64,000 bases of DNA, taken from assembly GCA_963793265.1 (NCBI GenBank), contig CAWBZI010000001.1:960001-1024000 (forward strand). The letters are read 5' to 3'. The first letter of the stretch is position 1, and each line of letters opens with the position of its first letter. The position numbers were made by a program, and so were the translations under genes. Under the pieces are notes generated by a model that saw only the letters and a program-made list of their open reading frames with translations, ran no database searches and was not told where the DNA came from. Below, one piece after another: positions 10,223-20,772 of this stretch. The stretch comes from an uncultured cyanobacterium (GTDB lineage: Bacteria > Cyanobacteriota > Cyanobacteriia > Phormidesmidales > Phormidesmidaceae).

Positions 10223-10558
10223 GGGGAGTATGTGCTGTTTTTGGATGCAGACGTGCGGTTAGAGAAAGGGGCGATCGCACTTCTGTTTGTCGTTCCCTGG
10301 TTGGGCCTAGCGATTGGATTAGGCATGTCATTCTTAGGCGCTTCAGCCGCGAAAACCACGCTGCTACTTGGCACCCTGGCAGTTGTCCTTCAGCTCTATA
10401 TGCGGCTTTCGGCAAGCGATGTGATTGAGCAGCCGTGGCGGTATTTGTGGCTTGGGTGGTTGGGTGGTGGGATTGTGAGTGTGATCGCGATTACTTCTTT
10501 GGTGAAAACAGAAACGGGATGGGGGTGAACCTGGCGAGGGCGATCGTTAGCGAGCTAA
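10223..10558 (+). pseudogene. Remnant of a family-2 glycosyltransferase (CruG-like), internally deleted, with a nonsense codon
   Basis: GEYVLFLDADVRL (DxD motif) fused directly to C-terminal TM helices; ends ETGWG*TWRGRSLAS with in-frame TGA at 10526-10528 where Trp is expected. Confidence 0.7.
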
Positions 10559-10631
10559 GAAGCATCAAAAAATCTTTTGAACCCTTGCAGCAAACCGCGC
10601 AGCCGGTGCTACAATATCTAGGCGAAAGCGT

Positions 10632-10703
10632 TGGGGTGTCGCCAAGTGGTAAGGCATCGGGTTTTGGTCTCGACATTCCTAGGTTCGAATCCTAGCACCC
10701 CAG
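10632..10703 (+). tRNA. trnQ: tRNA-Gln (anticodon TTG)
   Basis: TGGGGTG/CACCCCA acceptor stem, GCCAAGTGGTAAGGC D arm, TCGGG-TTTTGGT-CTCGA anticodon arm, GGTTCGAATCC T arm; no encoded CCA. Confidence 0.97.
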
Positions 10704-11138
10704 TTATTAACCAGTTATCAAATTCAATAGGTCTGGAGCTGTTGCAAGTCTGAATCTGTAGCTCAGTACGCATGTAATTTGCGAGATAATTGTTGCAGCT
10801 ATCAGCAGTTTCAACCATCTCATCGATATTTCTTAATCCTTACTTCACATACATCAAAGCGGTTTAAGCATCTTCAACAAGATAGCTAGACCGCTTTCTT
10901 TATGGGACTTTCAAGCCTGCACTCAAAGCCAATTAAGAACCACTAAGCAGAGCAAATCGATTGGAACTTCCAGAAAAATTGCTACGTCTCCCTATGTGTG
11001 TCAGTGAAATCACTGTCACCTTTATTGGCATCTTCATTGTTTTGCTTATCTATTTACCGCTTTCATCTATTGCCGCTTTCAAAAGCTTTAGATACCCACT
11101 ATTTTAATCTGCCTTTTGCCAGCAGCCTCTTCTCGAAC

Positions 11139-12005
11139 ATGACATACACAAAATCTGAGCTAAGCCCCTCATCAGAAAGCGAGCTGCCAAAAAATATGCC
11201 TTCTATAGAAACGTACGATAGCGATAGCTTGAGTAGGGGTGCAACCAGCACAGTACCTGCCAAAGTAGACCTATTTGGCATGGACTTTGACAACTTTTCT
11301 AAACAGGAACTACTTTCTAGCCTACAAAAAGGCGTCGTGTTCACGCCTAACGTAGACCACCTGATGAAGCTGCGCCGCGATCCAGATTTCGTATCGATTT
11401 ATCAAAAAGCCGACTTCAAGATCTGCGACAGCCAGGTTCTGATGTATGCCTCCAAGTTTTTGGGCAAGCCGCTCAAGGCAAAGCTTTCGGGTGCCGATTT
11501 ATTTCCGTGGTTTTGCGAATACCACAAGCACAACGAGCACATAAAAATATTTTTACTCGGCGGAGCCGAAGGGGTTGCCCGCGAAGCTCAAAGCCGAATT
11601 AATGCGCGAACAGGTCGAGAGATTGTTGTAGGCGAATATTCCCCCCCTTATGGTTTCGAGGCAGACCCCGCAGAGTGTGCCAAAATTATCAATCTTATTG
11701 AAAGCTCTCCGGCTAACGTATTAGTGGTTTGTTTGGGCGCACCTAAACAGGAGAAGTGGATTGCAACCCATCGCGACCTTTTGCCAAACGTAGATATCTT
11801 CATGGCAGTGGGCGCAGCCGTCGATTTTGAAGCAGGCTGTAAGCCAAGAGCCCCAAAATATGTTAGTGAGCTAGGGCTAGAGTGGATGTATCGCCTGGTT
11901 TGCGAGCCCAGACGGCTATGGCGGCGCTATTTGCTAGAGGGTATGCCCTTTGTCGGCCTGGTACTCGCGGAGAAATTTAGACAGGTGCGCCCCCGGAAAG
12001 CGTAG
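11139..12005 (+). CDS. WecB/TagA/CpsF family glycosyltransferase
   Basis: FTPNVDHL, LSGADLF, IFLLGG, LGAPKQEKWI, GLEWMYRL. Confidence 0.92.
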   Translation: MTYTKSELSPSSESELPKNMPSIETYDSDSLSRGATSTVPAKVDLFGMDFDNFSKQELLSSLQKGVVFTPNVDHLMKLRRDPDFVSIYQKADFKICDSQVLMYASKFLGKPLKAKLSGADLFPWFCEYHKHNEHIKIFLLGGAEGVAREAQSRINARTGREIVVGEYSPPYGFEADPAECAKIINLIESSPANVLVVCLGAPKQEKWIATHRDLLPNVDIFMAVGAAVDFEAGCKPRAPKYVSELGLEWMYRLVCEPRRLWRRYLLEGMPFVGLVLAEKFRQVRPRKA

Positions 12006-12084
12006 TGTTTAGTAAACTGTTGTCTTGTAAACTGTTTCGTTACAGACACCTGCAGCAAGTACCTGCAATCACGATATTGACGAA

Positions 12085-12519
12085 ATGATAGAAATGCCTC
12101 AGGCTGGCGATGCGAGCAGCCGCGAAAAAATGCTGCCCTATTCACCTAAGGCGGTTCAGCGTGCGGAACGTGCGGTGCGATGTTCGCCTTTTTACCTAAA
12201 ACTACTGGCCGAGATGCGCCTAACTAGCGTCAGCGTGCCAACGATTGCTGAAGACAGTGGTGCTATTAAGGGCTACACCCAGCAGCCGCTTTCTGAAGTT
12301 GCTGCCGAAACAGAGCTTATGTGGCTAGTTGACGTGGGCATTTTGCGTCGTGAAGTGGATGGGCAAGGACTTACGGACAGTTTTCGGCTGACACCGCTTG
12401 GTCGTCAGATTGTAGAGCGATGGCAATCTCAGGGCTGTCCGGATCGGCGGGCTAGCCTATCGGACTATGTAGAAAATGCGATGATTCGACGGTTGCGAAT
12501 ACCTGACTGGCTGATGTAG
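12085..12519 (+). CDS. Conserved cyanobacterial protein (Npun_F0494-like family)
   Basis: RAERAVRCSPF...WLVDVGILRREVDGQGLTDSFRLTPLGR. Confidence 0.75.
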   Translation: MIEMPQAGDASSREKMLPYSPKAVQRAERAVRCSPFYLKLLAEMRLTSVSVPTIAEDSGAIKGYTQQPLSEVAAETELMWLVDVGILRREVDGQGLTDSFRLTPLGRQIVERWQSQGCPDRRASLSDYVENAMIRRLRIPDWLM

Positions 12520-12711
12520 ATACGGTAGATCTTTATAAGGCTGAACGGCCAGATTTAGGTATTTGTACAGGAACTTTATGGTTCCATCAAGTTTTTTTGC
12601 TTCATATTTGACCAACTTTGGGTAATGTGAAGTGGGTAAAGCAAAGCAACAGACGCTATAAAGCCGTAAAGTAGGCGCTATAAACAGTTTGAGCCATAAA
12701 GGGGAGCAGCC

Positions 12712-14205
12712 GTGGTTAAGTCAATAATGGTCGTGGGAACAACTTCTCACGCAGGTAAATCCATGCTGGTGGCTGCGCTGTGTCGTATTTTGAGCCGCCG
12801 CGGCTGGCGAGTTTCGCCCTTTAAGGGGCAGAATATGGCCTTAAACTCGTACGTAAGTACCACCGGGGCAGAAATTGGCTACGCTCAGGCGGTGCAGGCT
12901 TGGGCAGCAGGCGTGCCGCCACAGGCCGAAATGAATCCGATTTTGCTTAAACCCCAAGGCGACCATACGTCTCAGGTGATTTTGAAGGGTCGGCCTATTG
13001 GCACAACGACCGCTGAAAAGTATTACGAAGAGTTTTTTAGCACGGGCTGGCAGGCTATTCAGGAAAGTTTGGCCCGGCTGAGTCAGGAGTTTGATCTGCT
13101 GATTTGCGAAGGGGCTGGGAGCCCGGCTGAAATTAATTTAAAGCACCGCGATTTAGCAAATATGCGAATTGCGACCTATCTAGAATCGCCAACTATTTTA
13201 ATTGCTGATATTGATCGCGGCGGCGTGTTTGCCCACATCGTCGGTACGCTAGAGCTACTAGAGCCTGAAGAAAGGGCGCTGATTAAAGGCATTGTGATTA
13301 ACAAGTTTCGTGGGCAGCGCTCGATTTTGCAGCCTGGGATTGACTGGCTAGAGGAGCGGACGGGGATTCCGGTTATTGGCGTAATTCCGTGGATTAATGA
13401 AGCCTTTCCGGCAGAAGATTCGCTCTCGCTGCTAGAGCGGCCTGCGGTAAAGTCTCAAGCTGAAATTACGGTTGCGGTGGTTCGCCTGCCTCGGATTTCT
13501 AACTTTACTGACTTTGACTCCTTAGAAGCTGAGCCGTCAGTAAACGTGAAGTATTTGAGCCCAACGGATGATTTGGGTTATCCAGACGCGGTGATATTAC
13601 CCGGTACTAAAACCACGATTGCCGATTTGCTGGTGCTGCAACAAACCGGGATGGCCGCAGCGATCAGTAACTATGCCGCAGCAGGTGGCACGGTGATGGG
13701 CATTTGCGGCGGGTTTCAAATAATGGGCCAAATGCTGGCTGACCCTGAAGGATTAGAAGGACAGGAGGGCCGATTTAATGGGCTAGGGCTGTTGCCATTG
13801 CGCACGGTAATCACGCAGCAGAAAGTGGCTAGGCAGCGAACGGTCAGCTCTAAGTATCCGCAAGAAGGCTTGCCGGTTGTGGGGTATGAGATTCATCAGG
13901 GGCGTACGCAGCTTGTGATGCCCACTAGCGGCGAAGGTGAGAGCGTACCTTCGTTTATGCCTATTTTCGATGACCGGAGTTTAGGGATTGTAGACGAGGC
14001 GCAATCGGTGTGGGGCACTTACCTGCACGGGATTTTTGACAACGGCCCTTGGCGCAGAGCGTGGCTCAATCGGTTGCGACAGCAGCGCGGGCTAAAGTCT
14101 ATGCCAACGGGAATTGCTAACTATCGTGAGCAGCGCGACAGCATGTTGAACAGCTTAGCGACTACGATTGAGGAGTACATAGATTTGACGCCGATTTTGT
14201 CTTAG
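12712..14205 (+). CDS. cobQ: Cobyric acid synthase
   Basis: GTTSHAGKS, PFKGQNMALN, EGAGSPAEINL, ISNFTDFD, GICGGFQ, GTYLHGIF. Confidence 0.97.
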   Translation: MVKSIMVVGTTSHAGKSMLVAALCRILSRRGWRVSPFKGQNMALNSYVSTTGAEIGYAQAVQAWAAGVPPQAEMNPILLKPQGDHTSQVILKGRPIGTTTAEKYYEEFFSTGWQAIQESLARLSQEFDLLICEGAGSPAEINLKHRDLANMRIATYLESPTILIADIDRGGVFAHIVGTLELLEPEERALIKGIVINKFRGQRSILQPGIDWLEERTGIPVIGVIPWINEAFPAEDSLSLLERPAVKSQAEITVAVVRLPRISNFTDFDSLEAEPSVNVKYLSPTDDLGYPDAVILPGTKTTIADLLVLQQTGMAAAISNYAAAGGTVMGICGGFQIMGQMLADPEGLEGQEGRFNGLGLLPLRTVITQQKVARQRTVSSKYPQEGLPVVGYEIHQGRTQLVMPTSGEGESVPSFMPIFDDRSLGIVDEAQSVWGTYLHGIFDNGPWRRAWLNRLRQQRGLKSMPTGIANYREQRDSMLNSLATTIEEYIDLTPILS

Positions 14206-14273
14206 GTTGCCGGTAGCAAGTTAGGTAGTCATTATAGACAGCGGGTTTTTTCGATTTATTTTCAGGTGAGAGT

Positions 14274-15074
14274 GTGACGCTCGGCGCGGTTATTCTTCTA
14301 TCTTTAACAGGCTTAGTTTCTGGCGTATTGGCTGGTTTTTTGGGCATTGGAGGCGGTACTTTGCTGGTGCCGGTGCTGGTGCAGCTTGGCTTCTTGCCAG
14401 TGCGGGCGACGGCGACGAGTTCGCTAGCTATATTAGTCACTTCTAGCGCGGGCAGCTTTCAGAACTGGCGAATGGGCTTTTTGGACGTTAGGCAAATTTT
14501 GCTGCTGGGTGCACCTGCGGTATTGACGGCTTTTGTGGGGGCTTTTGTGGGCGATCGCATCCCCTCATACGTCCTCCTCGCAGGCTTTGGCGTCCTGCTA
14601 CTGAGCAACCTATATCTTGTCTCACTCAAAAAACGCGTCATCCGCACGGCTCAGTTTCGAGAGGGGCGCACAGCCTCTACAGGGCCAGCCATTTCGCCGC
14701 TAACGGCCCGCATTATTACTGGAGCGACAGCGGGATTTATGGCCGGGCTCTTCGGTGTCGGCGGCGGTGTCATCTTAGTACCGCTACAAATTTTGCTACT
14801 GGGCGAACAGATTAAAACGGCCATTCGCACCAGTCTTGGCGTTATTGTCATCACCTCTGTCGCGGCGATTTCTGGACATGCGCTCAATGGCAATATTGAT
14901 TTGATTGCTGGTTTAATCTTGGGCCTCGGTGGCCTCGTCGGCGTACAGATCAGCACACGCTTTCTGCCTAAGCTGAGTGACAGCACAGTCACCCAGCTCT
15001 TTCGAGCCATGCTGATCGTGCTGTCAATTTTCATTTTTTGGCAGGCTTGGCAAACCTACAGAACGGTGAGCTAG
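14274..15074 (+). CDS. Sulfite exporter TauE/SafE family membrane protein
   Basis: Duplicated GFLGIGGG / GLFGVGGG motifs, multiple TM helices. Confidence 0.9.
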   Translation: MTLGAVILLSLTGLVSGVLAGFLGIGGGTLLVPVLVQLGFLPVRATATSSLAILVTSSAGSFQNWRMGFLDVRQILLLGAPAVLTAFVGAFVGDRIPSYVLLAGFGVLLLSNLYLVSLKKRVIRTAQFREGRTASTGPAISPLTARIITGATAGFMAGLFGVGGGVILVPLQILLLGEQIKTAIRTSLGVIVITSVAAISGHALNGNIDLIAGLILGLGGLVGVQISTRFLPKLSDSTVTQLFRAMLIVLSIFIFWQAWQTYRTVS

Positions 15075-15100
15075 AACAAAGCCAAAACGGCAAGCTGACG

Positions 15101-15871
15101 CTAGGCTTCACACAGAGCCTTTGCCAAAACAATATCAAAATATTTAGCCTCTCCTACCTGACCCGAAATCACTTCAAAGGGTGCGTTTGGTTCGCCAAAG
15201 TCGCTGATAACGAGCGTGGCTTTTGAGAAGTCTTGTTGGCGGGTGTAGTCATTGACGGTGACGACGGTTTTAAGTCCGGTTTGCGTCGCTGAGAGCAGGC
15301 CGTTGTTGGTATCTTCAAAGCCAAGGCAGTTTTCAGGCGGGAGCTGGAGGTGCTTGAGGGCGTATTCAAAAATGTCGGGGGCGGGCTTTTTGTGTGGCAC
15401 CATGTCGCCTGCGGCAATGACCTCGAACCAGTCGAGGCTTTGCGCGCCGAGGGTGTTTTCGAGTAGGGCTTGGACGTTTGCTGGGGTTGTTGTTGTTGCG
15501 ATCGCTAATCTCACTCCCTTTTCCCTCGCCTCATTCAGCAACCGCTCCACTCCAGGCCGCAAAGGAATCTTCCCTTCTGCCGCATACTGCTTGTAATACT
15601 TCGTCTTAGTCGCGTGCAGGTGCTTAATAAATTCCGTGAGATCGGCGTAGGCATCAGGCAGTACAAAATCCGGCTTGGACTGCTGCACAAACGCCTTCAT
15701 CCGCTCCTTACCGCCCGAGACTTCTAGCAGCTCGCCATAGCGCTCCTCAGACCAGTTCCAGTCCAGGCCGTTGTCGGCAAAAGCCTGGTTAAACGCGGGC
15801 CGATGGCCGTCACGCTCGGTTTCGGCCAGGGTGCCATCTACGTCAAAAATCAGTGCTTTTAGCTCGGCCAT
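15101..15871 (-). CDS. cbbY: HAD-IA hydrolase, CbbY-like
   Basis: LIFDVDGTLAETERDGHR, GGKERM, KKPAPDIF, FEDT. Confidence 0.85.
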   Translation of the reverse strand: MAELKALIFDVDGTLAETERDGHRPAFNQAFADNGLDWNWSEERYGELLEVSGGKERMKAFVQQSKPDFVLPDAYADLTEFIKHLHATKTKYYKQYAAEGKIPLRPGVERLLNEAREKGVRLAIATTTTPANVQALLENTLGAQSLDWFEVIAAGDMVPHKKPAPDIFEYALKHLQLPPENCLGFEDTNNGLLSATQTGLKTVVTVNDYTRQQDFSKATLVISDFGEPNAPFEVISGQVGEAKYFDIVLAKALCEA

Positions 15872-15954
15872 AAGTGCGTCTCGTGAAGTGGGATCGTCCG
15901 GGTTGATTTTACCGCTTTGGGAACACTCAAACTTGATGGAAGAGGGCCGCATTA

Positions 15955-17214
15955 GTGACAGCATCGGATATAGGAGAAAGAGCGTATTGGCTGGCGTGGT
16001 CGCAAATTAAAGGCGTTGGGCCTGTCACCATCAAGCATCTATGGGAGCACTTTGGGGCTTTGGCCCTGGCCTGGCAGGCACCAGCCGGTGAGCTGCTGAC
16101 GGTAGACGGTATCGGACTGCTAATTGCCGATAAAATTGTGTCGCTGCGCCGCAAAATAAATCCAGCAGAGCTACTAGCTCAGCATGAGAAGGCAAATAAA
16201 GCGTTTTGGACGCCTGCTGATCCTGACTATCCGGCGCTGCTGTTTGCCATTAACGATCCGCCACCGCTGCTTTACTATCGCGGTGCGCTGCGGCCCAATG
16301 ATATGCCCGATGCGCTGACGGTCGGTATTGTTGGCACGCGATTACCTTCTCCGTATGGTCAAAGGTGGACGCGCAGGCTGAGCAGTCGGCTGACCCAACA
16401 AGGAGCTATTATTGTTTCTGGGCTCGCAGCGGGAATTGATACCGAAGCGCATACGAGCTGTTTACAGCATCAAGGGCAAACCATCGCAGTCGTTGGAACG
16501 GGCGTGGATCAGGTGTATCCGGCAAGTAACAGAAGTCTGCACGCTCAGATTGCGACGGCTGGCCTAATTGTTAGCGAATATCCTGACGGAACGGGGCCAG
16601 ATAAAAAGCATTTTCCGCAGCGTAATCGGATTATTGCCGGGCTGAGTCGGGCAGTACTGGTGACAGAGGCTCCGGCAAGATCGGGGGCGCTGATTACCTC
16701 GCGGCTGGCAAATGAGTATTGCCGGGAGGTGTACGCGTTGCCCTGTGGGTTGGATAGCCTTCAGGGAGAGGGGTGTTTGAACCTGATTAATCAGGGCGGG
16801 CAGATGATTTTGGGTGAGCAGAGTTTGGTGGATGCGCTAGCAGAGATCCCGTCTGTGGAAGCGATCTTACCTGGGCGTTTGCCTGGGCGGAAGGTAGGGC
16901 AGGCAAACGCCCAGAGAGAAGGGGTGACTACGCAGGAAGGTCAAGCTTCGGATAGGACTGAAGGCGTTGAGACAAGAAGATCTTCTAGCTCGGCTGTTTT
17001 GGCAACCTCTGCTTCGGGGCCTTCTGTCCAGGTAGATAAGCTATCGCCTGTGCTGAAGCAGGTGCTAGAAGCTGTACCGATTGAGCCTACTGTGTTGGAT
17101 CAGATAGTGCACGGGTCACAGGTTGATATCGGAAAGGTGCTGGGGGCATTGTTAGAGCTGGAGCTATTGGGACTGATTACGCAGCTTCCAGGAATGCAGT
17201 ATCAAAGATGCTGA
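15955..17214 (+). CDS. dprA: DNA processing protein DprA
   Basis: DPPPLLYYRG, IVGTR, VSGLAAGIDT, FPQRNRIIAGLS, SGALIT, C-terminal LLELELLG winged helix. Confidence 0.96.
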   Translation: MTASDIGERAYWLAWSQIKGVGPVTIKHLWEHFGALALAWQAPAGELLTVDGIGLLIADKIVSLRRKINPAELLAQHEKANKAFWTPADPDYPALLFAINDPPPLLYYRGALRPNDMPDALTVGIVGTRLPSPYGQRWTRRLSSRLTQQGAIIVSGLAAGIDTEAHTSCLQHQGQTIAVVGTGVDQVYPASNRSLHAQIATAGLIVSEYPDGTGPDKKHFPQRNRIIAGLSRAVLVTEAPARSGALITSRLANEYCREVYALPCGLDSLQGEGCLNLINQGGQMILGEQSLVDALAEIPSVEAILPGRLPGRKVGQANAQREGVTTQEGQASDRTEGVETRRSSSSAVLATSASGPSVQVDKLSPVLKQVLEAVPIEPTVLDQIVHGSQVDIGKVLGALLELELLGLITQLPGMQYQRC

Positions 17215-17365
17215 ATATAGTTGGGAATGGGCGCGATCGCAAAGAATAACGAGCCAGAGGGAAGAAGTGGTACAAGCAATCCGTAACTAATCAGGGCAAT
17301 CTGATGTAAAGATCGAAACATAAGCGATCGCCTCGTCACTGATTCCATTACGACCCTTCTACGCC

Positions 17366-18772
17366 ATGCCATCTGTCACTAATCGCGCTCAGCCCGCCCT
17401 TAATTTTATTCCACCAAACTACAGCGACTGGGTGCGGCGGCTAATGCGACCGCTGATGCCTGCTTGGACGGCATGGAAAACAAACGTCGCTGAGGTAGAA
17501 ACGCAGAACATAGAGACACTGGCGAATGTGTACCAGGAATTTGCAGCGGGAAAGACGAGAGTGCTGCTGGCCTTTCGCCATCCAAACGCAGTCGATCCTT
17601 ACGTATTGAGTCACTTGCTTTGGCAAGAGCTACCCCGCACGGCGCGTCAAATGGGTCTGGATTTGGGGCCGACGCATTCTCACTTTATGTACGACCGGGG
17701 CATTCCACTGTGGGCAGGAAACTATATAACCTGGGTGTTTGCCCGGCTCGGCGGCGTACCCATTCAGCGAGGCAAGTTGGATTTGATGGCGCTAAAGACG
17801 GCGCGAAAGTTGCTATTGGACGGGCAGTTTCCGCTGGCAGTGGCTCCTGAAGGCGGCAATAACGGGCACAACGAAATTATCAGTCCGCTGGAGCCTGGGA
17901 TTGCACAGCTTGCTTTTTGGTGTGCAGAAGATTTGAAGGCAGCGCAGCGACCCGAGTCGGCAGTGGTTTTACCAATAGGCATTCAATATCGCTATGTGGA
18001 GGAGCCTTGGGCGCAGCTAGGCAAGCTGATTAGCCAGATGGAAACAGACAGTGGCATCGGTAAGCCGAACGCTGAAGAGACGGCGGCTTTGCAGGAGATG
18101 TTTGTAGGCTCTGAGGCACATGCTGACTTGTACCGGCGGCTGTACCGGCTAGCTGAGCATTTGCTGACGCTGATGGAAGGGTATTACACAGACTTTTATG
18201 GGATGAGTTTTGAGTCGCCGGAGGGCGGTGTGCTAGGTGTGGGGGACGCGGAACCGAATGTGCTGCTGGGCGATCGCCTCCAAATCCTCATGAATAAATC
18301 GCTACAGGTCGCAGAAAACTACTTCGGCATCCGGCCCAAAGGCAGCACTATCGATCGCTGCCGCAAGCTAGAGCAGGCGGGTTGGGATCGGATTTTTCGA
18401 GAAGATACGCTGGGACTATCGCCCGTTGAACTAGGGCTAGCCGACCGGGTTGCAGAAGAAGCCGACTTGAGAATGTGGCATATGCGCTTAGTTGAGAGTT
18501 TTGTCGCTGTCACCGGCTGCTATGTGAAAGAACACCCAAGCGTGGATCGCTTTGCTGAAACAGCGCTGTTGCTGCATGGCATGATAGCGAAGATAAAAGG
18601 AGAGCGAAAAATAAAGCCACAGCTCGGCTTGCAAAAGGCAGTTGTGACCATCGGTCAGCCGATTGAGGTGACCGAGCGGCTAGCGGGCTATAAGAAGAAA
18701 AGGAGAGGGGCGATCACACAGCTCACCCAAGACCTACAGTCTGAAATGGAATCACTCATCATCAACACTTAA
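17366..18772 (+). CDS. PlsC-like phospholipid/glycerol acyltransferase family protein
   Basis: RHPNAVD (HxxxxD), APEGG, LPIGIQY. Confidence 0.85.
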   Translation: MPSVTNRAQPALNFIPPNYSDWVRRLMRPLMPAWTAWKTNVAEVETQNIETLANVYQEFAAGKTRVLLAFRHPNAVDPYVLSHLLWQELPRTARQMGLDLGPTHSHFMYDRGIPLWAGNYITWVFARLGGVPIQRGKLDLMALKTARKLLLDGQFPLAVAPEGGNNGHNEIISPLEPGIAQLAFWCAEDLKAAQRPESAVVLPIGIQYRYVEEPWAQLGKLISQMETDSGIGKPNAEETAALQEMFVGSEAHADLYRRLYRLAEHLLTLMEGYYTDFYGMSFESPEGGVLGVGDAEPNVLLGDRLQILMNKSLQVAENYFGIRPKGSTIDRCRKLEQAGWDRIFREDTLGLSPVELGLADRVAEEADLRMWHMRLVESFVAVTGCYVKEHPSVDRFAETALLLHGMIAKIKGERKIKPQLGLQKAVVTIGQPIEVTERLAGYKKKRRGAITQLTQDLQSEMESLIINT

Positions 18773-18779
18773 TAACGGC

Positions 18780-19439
18780 CTACTTCACTAAAGGCTCCAT
18801 ACGTTCAGCAATAACTGCGTAAAACGGATCGCCACCACCCATACCGATCATCTGCATAATGGCAGGCGCTTCTGATTTTTTCGCGATCGTCTCAATATTG
18901 CCAAAGCCAGGCACAGACTCAAAGTAGCTTTTGACTAAGGCAACCCTGCTGGCTTCTGAACCTTCTCGCCAAGCTGCGATCGCCTTGTCATAAAACATCC
19001 GATTAGAAAAGCTAAAGATTGCGATTCCGCCCGGCTTTAGCACACGATACACCTCAGCAAAAATCTTCTCAGGATACTGAACATACTGCACTGAAACCGT
19101 GTTGACGACCGCATCGAAAGAACAATCCTCTAGCGGAAACGTTTGATTTTCGTTGAGATTTTGGACAAAGTAATGGTCTAGCTGTTTGTTACGCGATAAT
19201 TCTTCAGCATTCAGGCCGTGGCCCTCGACATGTTCATAAGTGACATCGGTCGGCAGGTGAGAAACCCAGCTACTCATAAAGTCAAAAACGCGGCTGTTTG
19301 CAGGAATGCGATCGCGATACAGGGCCGTAAGCTGACGAATAAAGCCCTCATCAACGTGGGTCACAAATCTGGGCGAACGGTAAAACAAGGTGTCGCTAGA
19401 CGTATCAAGCTTTGTTCTTTGACTGGCTTCAAGGGGCAT
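18780..19439 (-). CDS. Class I SAM-dependent methyltransferase
   Basis: PRFVTHVD, DFMSSWVSHLP, RVLKPGG, SFSNRMF. Confidence 0.88.
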   Translation of the reverse strand: MPLEASQRTKLDTSSDTLFYRSPRFVTHVDEGFIRQLTALYRDRIPANSRVFDFMSSWVSHLPTDVTYEHVEGHGLNAEELSRNKQLDHYFVQNLNENQTFPLEDCSFDAVVNTVSVQYVQYPEKIFAEVYRVLKPGGIAIFSFSNRMFYDKAIAAWREGSEASRVALVKSYFESVPGFGNIETIAKKSEAPAIMQMIGMGGGDPFYAVIAERMEPLVK

Positions 19440-19555
19440 AGGAAGTTAGCAAAAAGTCTTACTTAATCAGTTTATTTGTTAGCAGAGCATAAAAACAACG
19501 GTCGTAAAGGCGATAAAATCTTTAGCGGTCAACTTCACCGACACCCACCGCTTTT

Positions 19556-20746
19556 ATGACAGACCAACCCACTTTTCAAAGTCCTGACGGCGCTTCTAGC
19601 AACAAAACCGAGGCTGAATATGCTCTAGAGAAAGAGGCCCGACTGCCCCTGACCGGATGGCAGCAGGAAGTCGATCAGGGTTTGACGTTTGGCTTAGAAG
19701 CCGCAGAGAGTATACGCGATCGCACCATTCCCACCTTTTCGCGCGGCGAACTGCCTCACTACGCAGGCATCACCACCTTCATGAAAGCGCCCTACCTCGA
19801 AGACGTGCGCAAAGTGGGCAATTACGATGTTGCAATCGTCGGCGTTCCTCACGACTCAGGCACCACCTACCGCCCCGGCACCCGCTTTGGCCCCCAGGGC
19901 ATTCGCCGTATCTCCGCGCTCTATACGCCCTATAACTTCGAGCTAGGGGTTGACCTACGCGAACAAATTACGATGTGCGACGTAGGCGATATATTCACAA
20001 TCCCCGCCAACAACGAAAAATCTTTTGATCAAATCTCTAAAGGTATCGCCCACGTTTTCAGCTCGGGCGCATTTCCTATTATTCTCGGCGGGGATCACTC
20101 CATCGGCTTTCCTACCGTACGCGGCGTATGCCGTCACTTAGGCGATAAAAAAGTCGGCATCATTCACTTTGATCGCCACGTAGACACGCAAGAAACTGAC
20201 CTGGACGAACGGATGCACACCTGCCCGTGGTTCCACGCCACCAATATGGCTAACGCCCCAGCCAAAAACCTTGTACAGCTTGGGATTGGCGGCTGGCAGG
20301 TGCCCAGACCTGGGGTAAAAGTATGCCGTGAACGGGCTACCAACATCTTAACGGTGACTGACATTACCGAAATGGGGCTAGATGCGGCGGTAGACTTTGC
20401 GGTAGAGCGCGCGACTGATGGCACCGATTGCGTTTACATCAGTTTTGATATTGACTGCATCGACGCGGGCTTTGTTCCGGGTACAGGCTGGCCTGAACCC
20501 GGCGGTTTGTTGCCTAGAGAAGCACTTTATTTGCTCGGCAAGATTGTTGAGAAGGTGAACGTGTGCGGATTAGAGATTGTTGAAGTTTCGCCGCCGTACG
20601 ATGTCAGCGACATTACCTCACTGATGGCAACGCGAGTGATTTGCGACACGATGGCGCATTTGGTGCTCTCAGGCCAGCTTCCACGCGAGAAGCCAGACTA
20701 CGTTAATGAAGAAGCCAATATGGAACTTGGCAGCGGCTGGGAGTAG
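19556..20746 (+). CDS. gdmH: Ni-dependent guanidine hydrolase (arginase/agmatinase family, Sll1077-like)
   Basis: GGDHS, HFDRHVD, SFDIDCID, GTGWPEPGG and N-terminal RLPLTGWQQEVDQGL extension recalled from Synechocystis Sll1077; hypA/hypB/ABC context. Confidence 0.92.
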   Translation: MTDQPTFQSPDGASSNKTEAEYALEKEARLPLTGWQQEVDQGLTFGLEAAESIRDRTIPTFSRGELPHYAGITTFMKAPYLEDVRKVGNYDVAIVGVPHDSGTTYRPGTRFGPQGIRRISALYTPYNFELGVDLREQITMCDVGDIFTIPANNEKSFDQISKGIAHVFSSGAFPIILGGDHSIGFPTVRGVCRHLGDKKVGIIHFDRHVDTQETDLDERMHTCPWFHATNMANAPAKNLVQLGIGGWQVPRPGVKVCRERATNILTVTDITEMGLDAAVDFAVERATDGTDCVYISFDIDCIDAGFVPGTGWPEPGGLLPREALYLLGKIVEKVNVCGLEIVEVSPPYDVSDITSLMATRVICDTMAHLVLSGQLPREKPDYVNEEANMELGSGWE

Positions 20747-20772
20747 GGTGGAGACAGGTTGGAGATAGGGCT

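Noticed and set aside
10632..10703. tRNA-Gln as an integration site
   Set aside because: No integrase and no duplicated tRNA 3' end seen in the window.
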